A DNA stretch of 60,475 nucleotides, counting the filler, from Sphingomonadaceae bacterium (lineage in GTDB: Bacteria > Chloroflexota > UBA6077), in the NCBI GenBank assembly GCA_050261575.1. It is 3 parts of 3 records of this genome, joined end to end, with 100 filler letters (N's around TTAATTAATTAA, not from the genome) between each part and the next. Parts side by side here need not be neighbours in the genome. Positions count along the whole stretch, not along the records: positions 1 to 31,327 come from JBLNDL010000073.1; 2 more parts are not named here. One strand, given 5' to 3'. Below the pieces are notes generated by a model, which searched no databases, was not told where the DNA came from, and saw only the letters and a program-made list of their open reading frames with translations. Position numbers and translations under genes: made by a program. The stretch's first letter is position 1; each line of letters opens with the position of its first letter. Positions 9,871-19,805 of this stretch are shown piece after piece.

Positions 9871-10165
9871 AGGGAGCTACTCAGCGGTTCGGCTTCTTGG
9901 GGGTGCACGGCCGATGATCCTCACGGGGGCGATGCACGGATCAGCGATCGTATGCTGACCGGAACTGCCTGGGGGTGCCGCCGCTCTTCGATGTCGAGGA
10001 GACCCCAGCAGGACCGGTGGAGAGTCTGGACCGCAGAGGGCGTCGTTACTGATGTAGGGCGGGCGTGACGCGAGCGAGCACGCGGGGCTGTGCACGCTCG
10101 CCTCGCGGTGACGCTAGCCCGGCGCAATCGAACTCGAGGAACGACGGACTAAGAGAGGAGATGTC

Positions 10166-10567
10166 ATGAAGGTCAAGCGGGTGGAGCACGTCGGGATCGT
10201 CGTCAAGAGCATCGAGGAGGCCCTGCCCTTCTACGGCCTTCTCGGATTGAAGGCGGATGCAACCGAGAACCTTCCTCAAGCTGGACTGAAGATCGCGTTC
10301 CTGCCTGTGGGGGAGTCCCGGCTCGAACTGCTGGAGCCCACCAGCGAGGAGAGCTCCCAGGGAAGGTTCCTGCGAGACAATGGGGAGGGCATCCACCACC
10401 TGTGCGTCGCGGTGGACGACATTGAGGGGGCCATCAAGGAGCTGCTGGAGGCGGGCTGCAAGATGGTGGACCAGACCCCACGGTCCGTGTTCGGGGGGAA
10501 GAAGCGGGTCGCCTTCGTTCACCCGAGTTCGACCCATGGCGTTCGCCTGGAGCTGTGGGAGGACTGA
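10166..10567 (+). CDS. mce: Methylmalonyl-CoA epimerase / VOC-family protein
   Basis: EHVGIVV, LELLEP, GEGIHHLC, VAFVHP..THGVRLEL. Confidence 0.85.
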   Translation: MKVKRVEHVGIVVKSIEEALPFYGLLGLKADATENLPQAGLKIAFLPVGESRLELLEPTSEESSQGRFLRDNGEGIHHLCVAVDDIEGAIKELLEAGCKMVDQTPRSVFGGKKRVAFVHPSSTHGVRLELWED

Positions 10568-10714
10568 CGGGAACCCCCTTGCTTGATTTGTTCGCCTGAG
10601 TTGGCGAAGATGCAACCCGACTCGGAACTACCGGGACACGGAGCGCACGGAGGGGCCCGATCCCGACCCCCGTGAGTTCCGTGTCTTGGCGGCAAGTATC
10701 GTTAGGAGTTCAGA

Positions 10715-11965
10715 ATGAGCAACTTTCCCAGGTACCCGATCCCTGACGTCGCGCTGGTGCGACGTCACTTCACGAAGGAGCACATCGAGGACGTGGCCGG
10801 CGCGGTGCGGAAGGAGCTGGCCCGCGTCGGACTCGCGCAGCGGGTCAAGCCGGGCCAGCGGATCGCCCTCACGGCGGGCAGCCGCGGCGTGGCCAACATC
10901 GCGCTGATCCTGGGCACCATAGGCGAGGAGCTGAAGAAGCTGGATGCCAAGCCCTTCATCGTGCCCGCCATGGGGAGCCACGGTGGGGCGACGGCCGAGG
11001 GCCAGGTGGAGCTGATAGCCGAGTACGGCATCACCGAGGAGGCGCTGGGCATGCCCATCCTCTCCTCCATGGAGACGGTGATTCTGGGCGAGACGCCCTT
11101 CGGTGCCAAGGTCCACATGGACAAGAACGCCTACAACGCGGACGGCGTGATCGTGGTGGGCCGTATCAAGAACCACACCTCCTTCCGGGCGCCCATCGAG
11201 AGCGGCCTCTCCAAGATGATGGCGATCGGCCTGGGCAAGCAGAAGGGGGCGGAGTCGATCCACGACCACGGTCTGGCCCGCAACATCCCAGAGGCGGCGA
11301 AGATCTTCCTGGCCACGGGCAAGATCGTGCTCGGTGTGGGCACGGTGGAGAACGCCTACCACCAGACGCACACCATCGTCGCCACCCCGCCCGAGACGCT
11401 CATGGAAACCGACATCGAGTACCTGAAGCTCGCCAACAAGATGCTTCCCAGGATCCCCTTCGACTTCGCCGACGTGGCCGTGGTCGACTGGATCGGCAAG
11501 AACATCTCCGGCACCGGCATGGACATGAACGTGATGGGGATGTGGCGCCGCACCGGCGAGGCCCCCTACCCTCCCATATACAAGCGGATCGTGGTGCTGA
11601 ACGTGCGCCCCGAGTCCCACGGCAACTGCGCCGGGCTGGGTGCGGCCGATTTCACCACCCGCAAGCTCGTGAACCAGTGGGACGCCGAGAAGACCTACTG
11701 GAACATGATCACGGGCAACTTCCCGGAGGGGGCCAAGATCCCCTTCACCCTGGACAACGACGTCGAGGCCGTGGAGGTGGCTCTCCGCTCCGCCAAGCCC
11801 GAGGGCGGGGTAATGGAGTTGGTGCGGATCAAGGACACCATGAACCTGGACGAGTTCTACTGCACGGCGGGTCTGCTCGAGCAGCTAAAGGGCGACCCCG
11901 AATACGAGGTGGTGAAGCCCCTCGGCCCCATGCCTCGCGATGCCGAGGGCAACCTGCTCTGGTAG
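10715..11965 (+). CDS. Lactate racemase (LarA)-domain / DUF362-like protein
   Basis: TAGSRGVANI, PAMGSHGGATAEGQ, RIKNHTSF, ESGLSKMMAIGLGKQKGA, GKNISGTGMD. Confidence 0.85.
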   Translation: MSNFPRYPIPDVALVRRHFTKEHIEDVAGAVRKELARVGLAQRVKPGQRIALTAGSRGVANIALILGTIGEELKKLDAKPFIVPAMGSHGGATAEGQVELIAEYGITEEALGMPILSSMETVILGETPFGAKVHMDKNAYNADGVIVVGRIKNHTSFRAPIESGLSKMMAIGLGKQKGAESIHDHGLARNIPEAAKIFLATGKIVLGVGTVENAYHQTHTIVATPPETLMETDIEYLKLANKMLPRIPFDFADVAVVDWIGKNISGTGMDMNVMGMWRRTGEAPYPPIYKRIVVLNVRPESHGNCAGLGAADFTTRKLVNQWDAEKTYWNMITGNFPEGAKIPFTLDNDVEAVEVALRSAKPEGGVMELVRIKDTMNLDEFYCTAGLLEQLKGDPEYEVVKPLGPMPRDAEGNLLW

Positions 11966-11974
11966 TCGGCCTTC

Positions 11975-12017
11975 GGGTTCTGCGTTCTGAGCGTCCGACG
12001 CTCAGAACGCAGAACCC
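11975..12017. repeat. Palindromic heptamer-based repeat
   Basis: GGGTTCTGCGTTCTGAGCGT-ccg-ACGCTCAGAACGCAGAACCC; GTTCTGCGTTCTG recurs at about 29040. Confidence 0.7.
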
Positions 12018-12067
12018 AGTATCGAGTGGTGGATCTGCCGCCAGGTAGTTGCCGACTGGGAGGTCGC

Positions 12068-13273
12068 ATGGTGAAGTTCTGGGGTTATCCCCGCCCGGAT
12101 GGAAGGGTGGGGGTTCGGAACCTGGTGGCGGTGATCCCGTCCACCTACTGCGCCAACACGGTGGCCAGAAGGATCGCCGCCCAGGTGGAGGGCGCCGTGG
12201 CGCTCCCACACGACGTGGGGTGCAGCCAGGTGGGGCTGGACCTCGAGATCACCGCTAGGACCCTCAAGAACCTCGGCCGGCACCCCAACGTGGCTGCGGT
12301 GCTGGTGGTGGGGCTCGGCTGCGAGCGGCTCGCGGCGACGGAGCTTGCCGAGGGCGTCGCTGTCTCCGGCAAGCCGGTGGAGGTGATCACCATCCAAGAG
12401 AGCGGCGGAAGCCTGAGGGCGCTGGAGAGGGGCTCATCGGTGGTCCGGAGACTGGTCCAGGAGGCTTCCTCCCTCCGTCGGGAGGAGGTGGGGCTGGAGC
12501 ACCTGGCCGTGGCCACCGAGTGCGGCGGAACAGATGCCTTCTCCGGCATCGTGGCCAATCCGGCCGTCGGCATCGCGGCGGACCTGGTGGTGGCAGGCGG
12601 CGGTACCGTGATGTTCTCCGAGATCAACGAGCTGCTGGGGACGGAGCACCTGCTGGCCGGGAGGGCGGCAAACCAGGAGGTGGCGGAGCTCATCTACAAG
12701 GTGATCGGACTGAGCGAGTCCAGGCTGGCCTGGCAGAGCCGGAACGATCGCTCCGGAAAGCGGCTGGCGCTGATCTCCACCGGCAACTTCGACGGCGGCG
12801 TCTCCACGCTGGTGGAGAAGGGGCTCGGCGGCATGAAGAAGTCGGGGAGTTCGCCCATCGTGGGCGTGCTGAAGTACGCCGAGTGCTACAGCGAGCCGGG
12901 CCTCTACCTGATGGACACGCCGGGCCACGATGCCCAGTCCACTAGCGGGATGGTGGCGGGTGGCTGCCAGATCGTCCTCTTCACCACCGGCCGCGGAACG
13001 CCCACAGGGCATCCCATCGCGCCGGTAATCAAGATCACCGGCAACTCCCACAGCTTCCAGAAGATGCTCGACAACATCGACGTCAATGTCGGGACGGTGT
13101 TGGATGGGGAGATGACCCTTCGCGAGGCCGGCGAGCGGATCTTCCAGCAGGTGTTGGAGGTGGCCAACGGCCGGCAGACCAAGGCGGAGGTGCTGGGCCA
13201 CGACGAGCTGATGTCGGTGTGGCGCCCCTGGCCCGAGCACGAGAACGCCTACGGCTGCGGGGAGTGGGGATAG
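12068..13273 (+). CDS. UxaA/SuyB-family dehydratase/lyase large subunit, paralog 1
   Basis: FWGYPRPDGRVGVRN, GLGCE, TECGGTDAFSG, LFTTGRGTP; GGGAGG RBS. Confidence 0.92.
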   Translation: MVKFWGYPRPDGRVGVRNLVAVIPSTYCANTVARRIAAQVEGAVALPHDVGCSQVGLDLEITARTLKNLGRHPNVAAVLVVGLGCERLAATELAEGVAVSGKPVEVITIQESGGSLRALERGSSVVRRLVQEASSLRREEVGLEHLAVATECGGTDAFSGIVANPAVGIAADLVVAGGGTVMFSEINELLGTEHLLAGRAANQEVAELIYKVIGLSESRLAWQSRNDRSGKRLALISTGNFDGGVSTLVEKGLGGMKKSGSSPIVGVLKYAECYSEPGLYLMDTPGHDAQSTSGMVAGGCQIVLFTTGRGTPTGHPIAPVIKITGNSHSFQKMLDNIDVNVGTVLDGEMTLREAGERIFQQVLEVANGRQTKAEVLGHDELMSVWRPWPEHENAYGCGEWG

Positions 13274-13350
13274 TCCCTCGCGGACGATTTGACTGCTTCA
13301 TCCAAATGAGCGATGATGGAAGGTCTACGTTCGTCCGCAGAGGTGAATCC

Positions 13351-13656
13351 ATGGCAGAGCAAGCACTGGTTATCGACCCCAAAGACAGCGTCGCCGTAGC
13401 GCTAGCCGATCTACCCGCCGGGCAGCAATGCGCTGTGCGGGTCGGTGACGACACGCTGAAGGTGGAGTTGCGGGAGAAGATCCCCTTTGGCCACAAGTTC
13501 GCCCTCTTCAAGATCCGCAAGGGGGAGAGGGTTCTGAAATACGGCGAGGTAATCGGTGAGGCAACTCACGACATCGAGCCCGGAGCGTGGGTCCACGTCC
13601 ACAATCTGGTCAGCCGCCGAGGCAGGGGGCACTCCGAGGCGGGGGTGCAGAAATGA
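13351..13656 (+). CDS. UxaA/SuyA-family SAF-domain small subunit
   Basis: DSVAVAL, IPFGHKFAL, KYGEVIG, GAWVHVHN. Confidence 0.92.
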   Translation: MAEQALVIDPKDSVAVALADLPAGQQCAVRVGDDTLKVELREKIPFGHKFALFKIRKGERVLKYGEVIGEATHDIEPGAWVHVHNLVSRRGRGHSEAGVQK

Positions 13657-14855
13657 AGTTCTGGGGGTATGAGCGTCCGAACGGGCAGGTGGGTGTACGC
13701 AATCACGTGGCTGTGATCCCCTCGGTCTTCTGCGCCGCCGGGGTTGCCCGCAGAATCGCTGCCCAGGTTGAAGGGGTAGTGGCTCTGGACCACGCCGTCG
13801 GGTGCAGCCAGGTGGGCTTCGACCTCGAGATCACGGCCCGGACGCTGAAGAACCTGGGCCGCCACCCGAACGTGGCGGCGGTCCTGGTGGTGGGACTCGG
13901 CTGCGAGCGGCTGAAGGCCTTGGAGATTGCCGAGGACATCGCCCAGACTGGCAAGCCGGTCGAGGTCAGCACCATCCAGGACAGCGGTGGAAGCCTCAAG
14001 GCCGTGGAAACGGGCAGCTCCATCGTCCGGAAGCTGGTCCAGGACGTCTCGACGCAGCGCCGCCAGCAGTTCGGGGTCGAGCATCTGGCCGTCGCCACGG
14101 AGTGCGGCGGGACCGATGCCCTCTCCGGTATCGTGGCGAACCCCGCCGTGGGGATAGCCTCGGACCTGATCGTGGCTCAGGGCGGCACGGTGATGATCTC
14201 CGAGATCACCGAGCTGCTTGGCACGGAGCATCTGCTGGCCGCCAGGGCAATAGACCAGGAGGTGGCCGCACAGATCTACAAGGTTATCGGCCTCACCGAG
14301 AGGGTGCTCAGCCGGGAGACCGGTACCGATCGGTCGGGGAAGCGGCAGGCGCTGATCTCCCCCGGCAACATGGACGGTGGCGTCACCACGGTGGTGGAGA
14401 AGTCGCTGGGGGGTGCCAAGAAGGCCGGCAAGTCACCCATCGTGGGTGTGCTGAAGTACGGCGAGCGATACACCCGGCCTGGTCTGCACCTGATGGACAC
14501 CCCCGGCCAGGACGGCGAGTCGACCACCGGCATGGTGGCGGGCGGCTGCCAGATCGTCCTCTTCACCACTGGGCGTGGGACCCCCACCGGACATCCCATC
14601 GCACCGGTAATCAAGATCACCGGCAACTCCAACAGCTACCGCCGTTTGATGGACAACATCGACGTGAACGCGGGGGTGGTTGTGGAGGGCAGTAAGACCT
14701 TGCAGGAGATGGGCGAGGAGATCTTCCGTGAGGTGCTCGCGGTGGCCAGCGGGAAGCGTACCAAAGCGGAGGTGCTGGGCCACGACGAGCTGATGAACGT
14801 GTGGCGCCCCTCCTCGGAGCATGGCACCGCCTACGGCTGCGGCGACTGGGCCTAA
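13653..14855 (+). CDS. UxaA/SuyB-family dehydratase/lyase large subunit, paralog 2
   Basis: Same motifs as paralog 1; ATGA overlap with the SAF gene. Confidence 0.93.
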   Translation: MKFWGYERPNGQVGVRNHVAVIPSVFCAAGVARRIAAQVEGVVALDHAVGCSQVGFDLEITARTLKNLGRHPNVAAVLVVGLGCERLKALEIAEDIAQTGKPVEVSTIQDSGGSLKAVETGSSIVRKLVQDVSTQRRQQFGVEHLAVATECGGTDALSGIVANPAVGIASDLIVAQGGTVMISEITELLGTEHLLAARAIDQEVAAQIYKVIGLTERVLSRETGTDRSGKRQALISPGNMDGGVTTVVEKSLGGAKKAGKSPIVGVLKYGERYTRPGLHLMDTPGQDGESTTGMVAGGCQIVLFTTGRGTPTGHPIAPVIKITGNSNSYRRLMDNIDVNAGVVVEGSKTLQEMGEEIFREVLAVASGKRTKAEVLGHDELMNVWRPSSEHGTAYGCGDWA

Positions 14856-14924
14856 GCGGGAATCTCTAGTTCATGTCGACTTCTCTAGCGGGAAACGCGT
14901 ACTCTACTAGAGACACCCGCTAAA
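14852..14924 (+). repeat. ~74-bp dispersed inverted-repeat element
   Basis: CTAAGCGGGAATCTCTAGTTCATGTCGACTTCTCTAGCGGGAAACGCGTACTCTACTAGAGACACCCGCTAA; its TAA is the stop codon of the upstream gene. Confidence 0.85.
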
Positions 14925-14929
14925 GGCTG

Positions 14930-15011
14930 AGACGGAGACACGGGGAAGGGGTGAGGCGGGGACGCGGAGGACCGTTCTGTGCGTTTCCGTGTCCCCGCGC
15001 CCCCGTGTCTC
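14930..15011. repeat. GGAGACACGGGG-type imperfect inverted repeat between convergent operons
   Basis: GAGACACGGGG...GGGACGCGGAG / TTCCGTGTCCCC...CCCCGTGTCTC. Confidence 0.6.
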
Positions 15012-15013
15012 TG

Positions 15014-16123
15014 CTACGGTTTCACCAGCACCTTGATGGCGTTGTCGCGCCGCTCCCGGAAGGTGGCGAACGCCTCCATGATCCTCTCCAGCGGGAACTC
15101 GTGGGTGATCATCCGGCTCATGGGGAGCCGCCCCTGCTTCATCATGGAGAGGCCGCGACGGCAGGCCGAGCGGCCCTCGCCCCGAGTGGTGTAGATGGTG
15201 ATGTCGTTCCGGATTGCGGTGCTGATGTCGGCTGTGATTGGCTCCTTGTAGAAGGCCAGCAGCAGAACCTTGCCTCCCAGCTTGGTCATCCTGATTGCGT
15301 CTTCCAGCGTGCCCTGTCCTCCGGCGCAGTCGATGGCCATGTCCACACCCAGACCACCGGTCAGCGCCCTCACCTGCTCCACCGCCTCGGCGCCTCGAGC
15401 CCTCACCAGATGGTCCGCTCCGAATTCCTTGCCCAGCTTCATCCGAGGCTCGTTGGTGCCAATCAGGATCACCGGATCGGCGCTTAAGGACTTGCAGATC
15501 GCGGCGGTGGTGAGCCCGATCGGCCCCGGGCCGATCACCGCGATGCTATCCCCGGCGATGAAACCGCCCGCCACGTCCAAGCCGTAGAGAGGCGTCCCGG
15601 TGGTGGTCACCATGGTCGCCTCCTCGAACGAGATGTTGTCGGGGATGTGGTACACGGCGTTGATGTGGTGCACCACGTACTCGGCAAAGCCCCCTGGGAC
15701 CGTGAAGCCGGATGTGTGGTGCCCCTTGTGCACCTTGCCGTAGTTGAGGCAGGCGGTGTAGTCTCCGCGGATGCAGTTCTCGCAGCGCATGCACCCTTTG
15801 TGGGCCTCTACCGCTACCCTGTCCCCTGGCTTGAACTCGTCTACCGTCTCCCCTACCGCCACCACGGTGCCCACGTACTCGTGGCCCGGTATGAACTCGC
15901 CGTAGGGTGGCTGGCCGGGGAATGGGTGGTGGGTGATCTTCAGATCGGTGCCGCAGATGGCGGTGGCTGCCACCTTGATCAGCACCTGCTGCGGGCCAGG
16001 CTTGGGAACCGGCCTCTCCACCACCTTAAGATCGTCGGGACCGAAGAGCACCGCGGCCCGCATCTTCTCCGGAATGGAGAAGCCTTCGGCCCCTGGGGTT
16101 TTCGCGTTGTCTAGGGTCTGCAT
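15014..16123 (-). CDS. Zinc-dependent (MDR) alcohol/sugar dehydrogenase
   Basis: ICGTD, GHEYVG, CMRCENC..GDYTAC structural Zn site, GPGPIG. Confidence 0.95.
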   Translation of the reverse strand: MQTLDNAKTPGAEGFSIPEKMRAAVLFGPDDLKVVERPVPKPGPQQVLIKVAATAICGTDLKITHHPFPGQPPYGEFIPGHEYVGTVVAVGETVDEFKPGDRVAVEAHKGCMRCENCIRGDYTACLNYGKVHKGHHTSGFTVPGGFAEYVVHHINAVYHIPDNISFEEATMVTTTGTPLYGLDVAGGFIAGDSIAVIGPGPIGLTTAAICKSLSADPVILIGTNEPRMKLGKEFGADHLVRARGAEAVEQVRALTGGLGVDMAIDCAGGQGTLEDAIRMTKLGGKVLLLAFYKEPITADISTAIRNDITIYTTRGEGRSACRRGLSMMKQGRLPMSRMITHEFPLERIMEAFATFRERRDNAIKVLVKP

Positions 16124-16175
16124 CTGGCTACCTCCTGGTACTCGAGAGCAGGGGACAGCGCCTCACGGCCGGCAC

Positions 16176-17324
16176 CTACTTCTTGGGTTGCTCAGCCTTC
16201 AACTGAGAGGAGAACTTGGCTATCTGCTCGTGCTGCTGTGCCATGAACTTGGTCACTTCGGCACTGGTCATCGTCTGCGGCTCGGATCCAACGCTCACGG
16301 AGTAGTCGATCCACTCCTGGCTCTTCGCGGCCTTGAGGAACGCCTCCTCCAGCCTGGCGATGATCGGCTGGGGAGTGCCCTTCGGAGCGGACACAGCCCT
16401 GAACTGCACCAGCTCGAGGTCGATCCCTTGCTCTTTCAGAGTGGGGACGTCCTTGAAAGCGTCGATCCGCCGGTTGCTGCTGACGGTCAGCATCCGCACC
16501 TGGCCGTTCTTCAGGGCCGGCAGGATCTCGGCCGGATGCTGCACGCTGGCGTCGATGTGCCCGCCGATGAGGTTGGTCACCGCCAGCCCGGTTCCGAAGG
16601 CGATGTGAGTGAAGGGAACGCCAGCCTTGTCCGCGATGGCCACCGCGGAGAGGTGGGTGAAGCTACCCACACCCGAGTTGCCCACGGTCATCGGCTTGGA
16701 GGAGCCCCGCTTCTTGGCGTCGTCCAGGAACTCCTGCAGGGTCTTCCACGGGGCGTTGGCCGCGACCGCAAGGGTGACGGTCTCGGTGGCGACCATGCCG
16801 ATGTGCTCGAGAGCCGTGTAGTCGTAGTCGATGTTGCCCTGAGCCGGCAGGGTCGCCATGGCGGCCGAGCTCCACAGCAGTTGGTAGCCGTCGGGCTTGG
16901 CGTTCTTCACTCGGGTGTAGGCCACGGCCCCTCCGGCCCCCGTGACGTTGGCGATGGTAATCGCCTGCCCGAGGTCCTTCTCCACGATGGCTGCGATCTT
17001 CCTCGCTGCGACGTCTGCGGCGCCGCCCGCGCCGAAGGGCACCACCAACTCGATCCCTCGGGTGGGGTAATCGGTCTTGGCTGCCGCCGCGGCCTGCGTC
17101 GGTGTCGCCTGGGTGGGTGCAGCAGCCGGAGCCTTGGTTGCCGCCGGTGCGGCCGGCTGGGTTGCCGCCGGTGCGGCCGGCTGAGTCGCCGCAGGTGCCG
17201 CGGCCTTGGTCGGAGTCGGCGCGGCCGCAGGCGCCTGGCAGCCCGCAGCGATCACCAACGCTGCAACGATAGTAAGCCCAAGGGTCAGCGAAGGTTTGCG
17301 AAGAAACAGCTTCCTCATCTCCAT
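16176..17324 (-). CDS. Bug/TctC tripartite tricarboxylate transporter substrate-binding lipoprotein
   Basis: Lipobox IAAGC; Pro/Ala/Thr linker with 24-nt tandem units; YPTRGIELVVPFGAGGAAD; PDGYQLL; VPTLKEQG. Confidence 0.93.
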   Translation of the reverse strand: MEMRKLFLRKPSLTLGLTIVAALVIAAGCQAPAAAPTPTKAAAPAATQPAAPAATQPAAPAATKAPAAAPTQATPTQAAAAAKTDYPTRGIELVVPFGAGGAADVAARKIAAIVEKDLGQAITIANVTGAGGAVAYTRVKNAKPDGYQLLWSSAAMATLPAQGNIDYDYTALEHIGMVATETVTLAVAANAPWKTLQEFLDDAKKRGSSKPMTVGNSGVGSFTHLSAVAIADKAGVPFTHIAFGTGLAVTNLIGGHIDASVQHPAEILPALKNGQVRMLTVSSNRRIDAFKDVPTLKEQGIDLELVQFRAVSAPKGTPQPIIARLEEAFLKAAKSQEWIDYSVSVGSEPQTMTSAEVTKFMAQQHEQIAKFSSQLKAEQPKK

Positions 17325-17438
17325 CCCTTTCTCCGCCTCACGTATTTGGCCTTTGGCGTCGTCGCCCCCGATGGGGAGACTCCCCTGATATGGGATTGTC
17401 ATGACAGATCGCTAAGAGGGGCATTCCCCAATTCGATC

Positions 17439-18404
17439 TCAGGCCGACCGCTGTCGCTGGAGTATTGCCCAAGCCTCTCTGAAAACCCGCTTGGCGTTGG
17501 CTAGGATCACCTCCTCCCTCTCGCCCGCCAGCAACGGTCTCACCTCGGCGCTGATCACTGGCATTTCCTTCTGATGGAAGAAGCCGTTGTCCCACAGGAC
17601 GCCGAAGTAATGGGCCACCTCTTCGGTGTCTATCTCCCCGCCCGGAATCCCGAAACGAGGCTGCAGGTCGCCATAGGCCGGGTGGCGCCGGTCCCGCATG
17701 ATGCAGTTGCCGATGTGGGCGTGTCTGAGGTACTGCTTCACCAGGGGAACTGCCTCCTCGGGCTTCTCGCGCAGCAGGGGGAAGTGAGACAGGTCCGCAA
17801 GCAGCCCGAAGTTCGAGTGCTCCTTGGCCACTTCCTGGGCAAGGGCCTGGGCGTCGGCGAAGGGTCCGATCAGGTTCTCTTTGTCGATGTCTCGATCGAA
17901 GATCTTCAGGACGATGCCGATCTCGCCCTCACCCTTGGCGTAGTCGCAGACCTGGTGAATCGAGTCCACCAGCAGCTTCATCGCCTCAGGGCGCTTCTCA
18001 GGCCCCGGATCCTTGCCCGCTATCAGCCTCACGGCCCGAGCATTCAGGTCGTAGGCTTCGTCGATGCAGTTCTTCACCTGGTTGATTGCCTTGCGTCGCT
18101 CCGCAGGGTCGAGGGCGTTGAGGCTGAGCTTCTGGGAGAGTATGGCGGGTTGCGTGGCGTAGTAGACGGCCAGGTGGGCCTCTTCTAACAGGTTGCGCGC
18201 CTGGTTCCGCACCCGAACGTCCTTGATCCAACCCACCTCCACCGCCGTGAAGAAGTCGTCTTCGGCGATCTTGGCAAGCGTCTCCACGATGGGCCCCTCG
18301 CCCCTGACTGTCTCCGGGAATGCCTTGAAGTGGACTATCCCGACCTTGGTGTAACCGTAGATGGAACCGATTCTCTCGGGGAAGTTCTCTGCGCGTCCGA
18401 TCAT
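17439..18404 (-). CDS. Sugar phosphate isomerase/epimerase (xylose isomerase-like TIM barrel)
   Basis: GLLADLSHFPL, HAHIGNC, YGDLQPRFG, ISAEVRP. Confidence 0.8.
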   Translation of the reverse strand: MIGRAENFPERIGSIYGYTKVGIVHFKAFPETVRGEGPIVETLAKIAEDDFFTAVEVGWIKDVRVRNQARNLLEEAHLAVYYATQPAILSQKLSLNALDPAERRKAINQVKNCIDEAYDLNARAVRLIAGKDPGPEKRPEAMKLLVDSIHQVCDYAKGEGEIGIVLKIFDRDIDKENLIGPFADAQALAQEVAKEHSNFGLLADLSHFPLLREKPEEAVPLVKQYLRHAHIGNCIMRDRRHPAYGDLQPRFGIPGGEIDTEEVAHYFGVLWDNGFFHQKEMPVISAEVRPLLAGEREEVILANAKRVFREAWAILQRQRSA

Positions 18405-18408
18405 AAAC

Positions 18409-19626
18409 CTAACTCCTCATCCCCTCGTGCAAGATCGCCACGGCACGATCTGCCACCGCCGGATCGTTGATCACTGTGTCCATCTCGATCAACCGGACTC
18501 GAGGATCGATGCGAGACTTGAGGGCGTCGATGAAGCCCCTGTTCGCCTCCGGATCGTGCAGCACGCCGCCGGGGGCGGCGATGATACTCCACCCACGCAG
18601 CGGCAGCAAGAAGGTCACCGGTCCCCTGGACCGGTTCAGCTTGTCGGCCACTGCCAGCCCGAGCCTCTCCATCTCCTCTCGGGTGGCGCGCACGTTCATG
18701 TTGTAGGGATTGTGATGGTGGATCGGTCGCCCCAGATACTTGGATGGAACCGACTCCAGGGGGCCGAAACAGAAGTACTCAAGCCCACCTGGCGCCACCA
18801 CCTGGGGGATGCCCCTCCGGCCGGCGGCCTCGAGCCGACCGGGTTTGGTGGGGGTGTAGATGTCGTCGCCCAGCACCTCCCCCACCAGCTCGTGGGTGGT
18901 CAGGTCCAGTACGCCGTCGATCAGCCCGTCGTCGATCAGCTCCTCCATGGCCGATCCGCAGGCACCAGAGGCGTGGAAGGCGACCACCTCGTAGCCCAGC
19001 CCCTCCAGCAACTGTACGGCTCGGGTGACCACCGGGTTGGTGTTTCCCAGTGCGGTGATCGCCACCACCTTCTTGTTGGGCTGCCTGCGCATGGGGACCG
19101 ATGCCTCGGCCATGCCCATCACGGCCCCCGCCGCGTTGGAGAGGATGGTTCGGGTGATGGTGTTCGGTCCGCCGAGAAGGTCCGCCACGGAGAAGATCAT
19201 GGCCACGTCCCGATGTCCGACGTAGGGGCGAATGTTGCCGGAGGCCACGGTGGAGACCACTACCTTTGGCAGGCCGATGGGGAGGCTTTCCAGCGCGATG
19301 CCGGCGATCGCGGTGCCCTGATTCCCACCAAGCGCCAGGACGCCGTCCAACTCCCCCTTCTCCCACATCCGCCTGAGGATCCGGCCGGCACCGCGGCCCA
19401 TGGTCTCCATGATCTGGTCGCGCCGCAGTTGCAGGAGCGCGGAGGGTGCGGTCCCTGCCTCCTCCATCACCTGCTCCTTGGTGACCTCCGGGGTGATGGA
19501 AGCCCCCTCCATGACTCCCACGTCGACGATAACGACCCGATGGCCGCGCGAGCGGATCAGATCCGCCACGAACGCGGCCTCCAGGGATTTGGTATCCAGG
19601 GTCGCCAGCACAGCGAACTGGGCCAA
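18409..19626 (-). CDS. Tm-1-like ATP-binding (UPF0261) protein
   Basis: LATLDTK, LGGNQGT, LPIGLPKVVVST, FHASGACG, DLTTHE, HNP; GGAGG RBS before TTG 19626. Confidence 0.9.
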   Translation of the reverse strand: MAQFAVLATLDTKSLEAAFVADLIRSRGHRVVIVDVGVMEGASITPEVTKEQVMEEAGTAPSALLQLRRDQIMETMGRGAGRILRRMWEKGELDGVLALGGNQGTAIAGIALESLPIGLPKVVVSTVASGNIRPYVGHRDVAMIFSVADLLGGPNTITRTILSNAAGAVMGMAEASVPMRRQPNKKVVAITALGNTNPVVTRAVQLLEGLGYEVVAFHASGACGSAMEELIDDGLIDGVLDLTTHELVGEVLGDDIYTPTKPGRLEAAGRRGIPQVVAPGGLEYFCFGPLESVPSKYLGRPIHHHNPYNMNVRATREEMERLGLAVADKLNRSRGPVTFLLPLRGWSIIAAPGGVLHDPEANRGFIDALKSRIDPRVRLIEMDTVINDPAVADRAVAILHEGMRS

Positions 19627-19805
19627 AGAACCCTCCAACTGCCTCGACCTGAGTCCCGAGTGCCGAGCCCTGGGTGATCGGTGTAGTGCGGGGTCTCGTG
19701 CCCCGCCAGCCACAGAGCCGAGGGACCCGGCGTCAGGGGGCAAGCCCTTGACCTACGAAGAACTCGGCACCCAGCACTCGGTACTCAGTCCTCAGTCCTC
19801 GGTCC

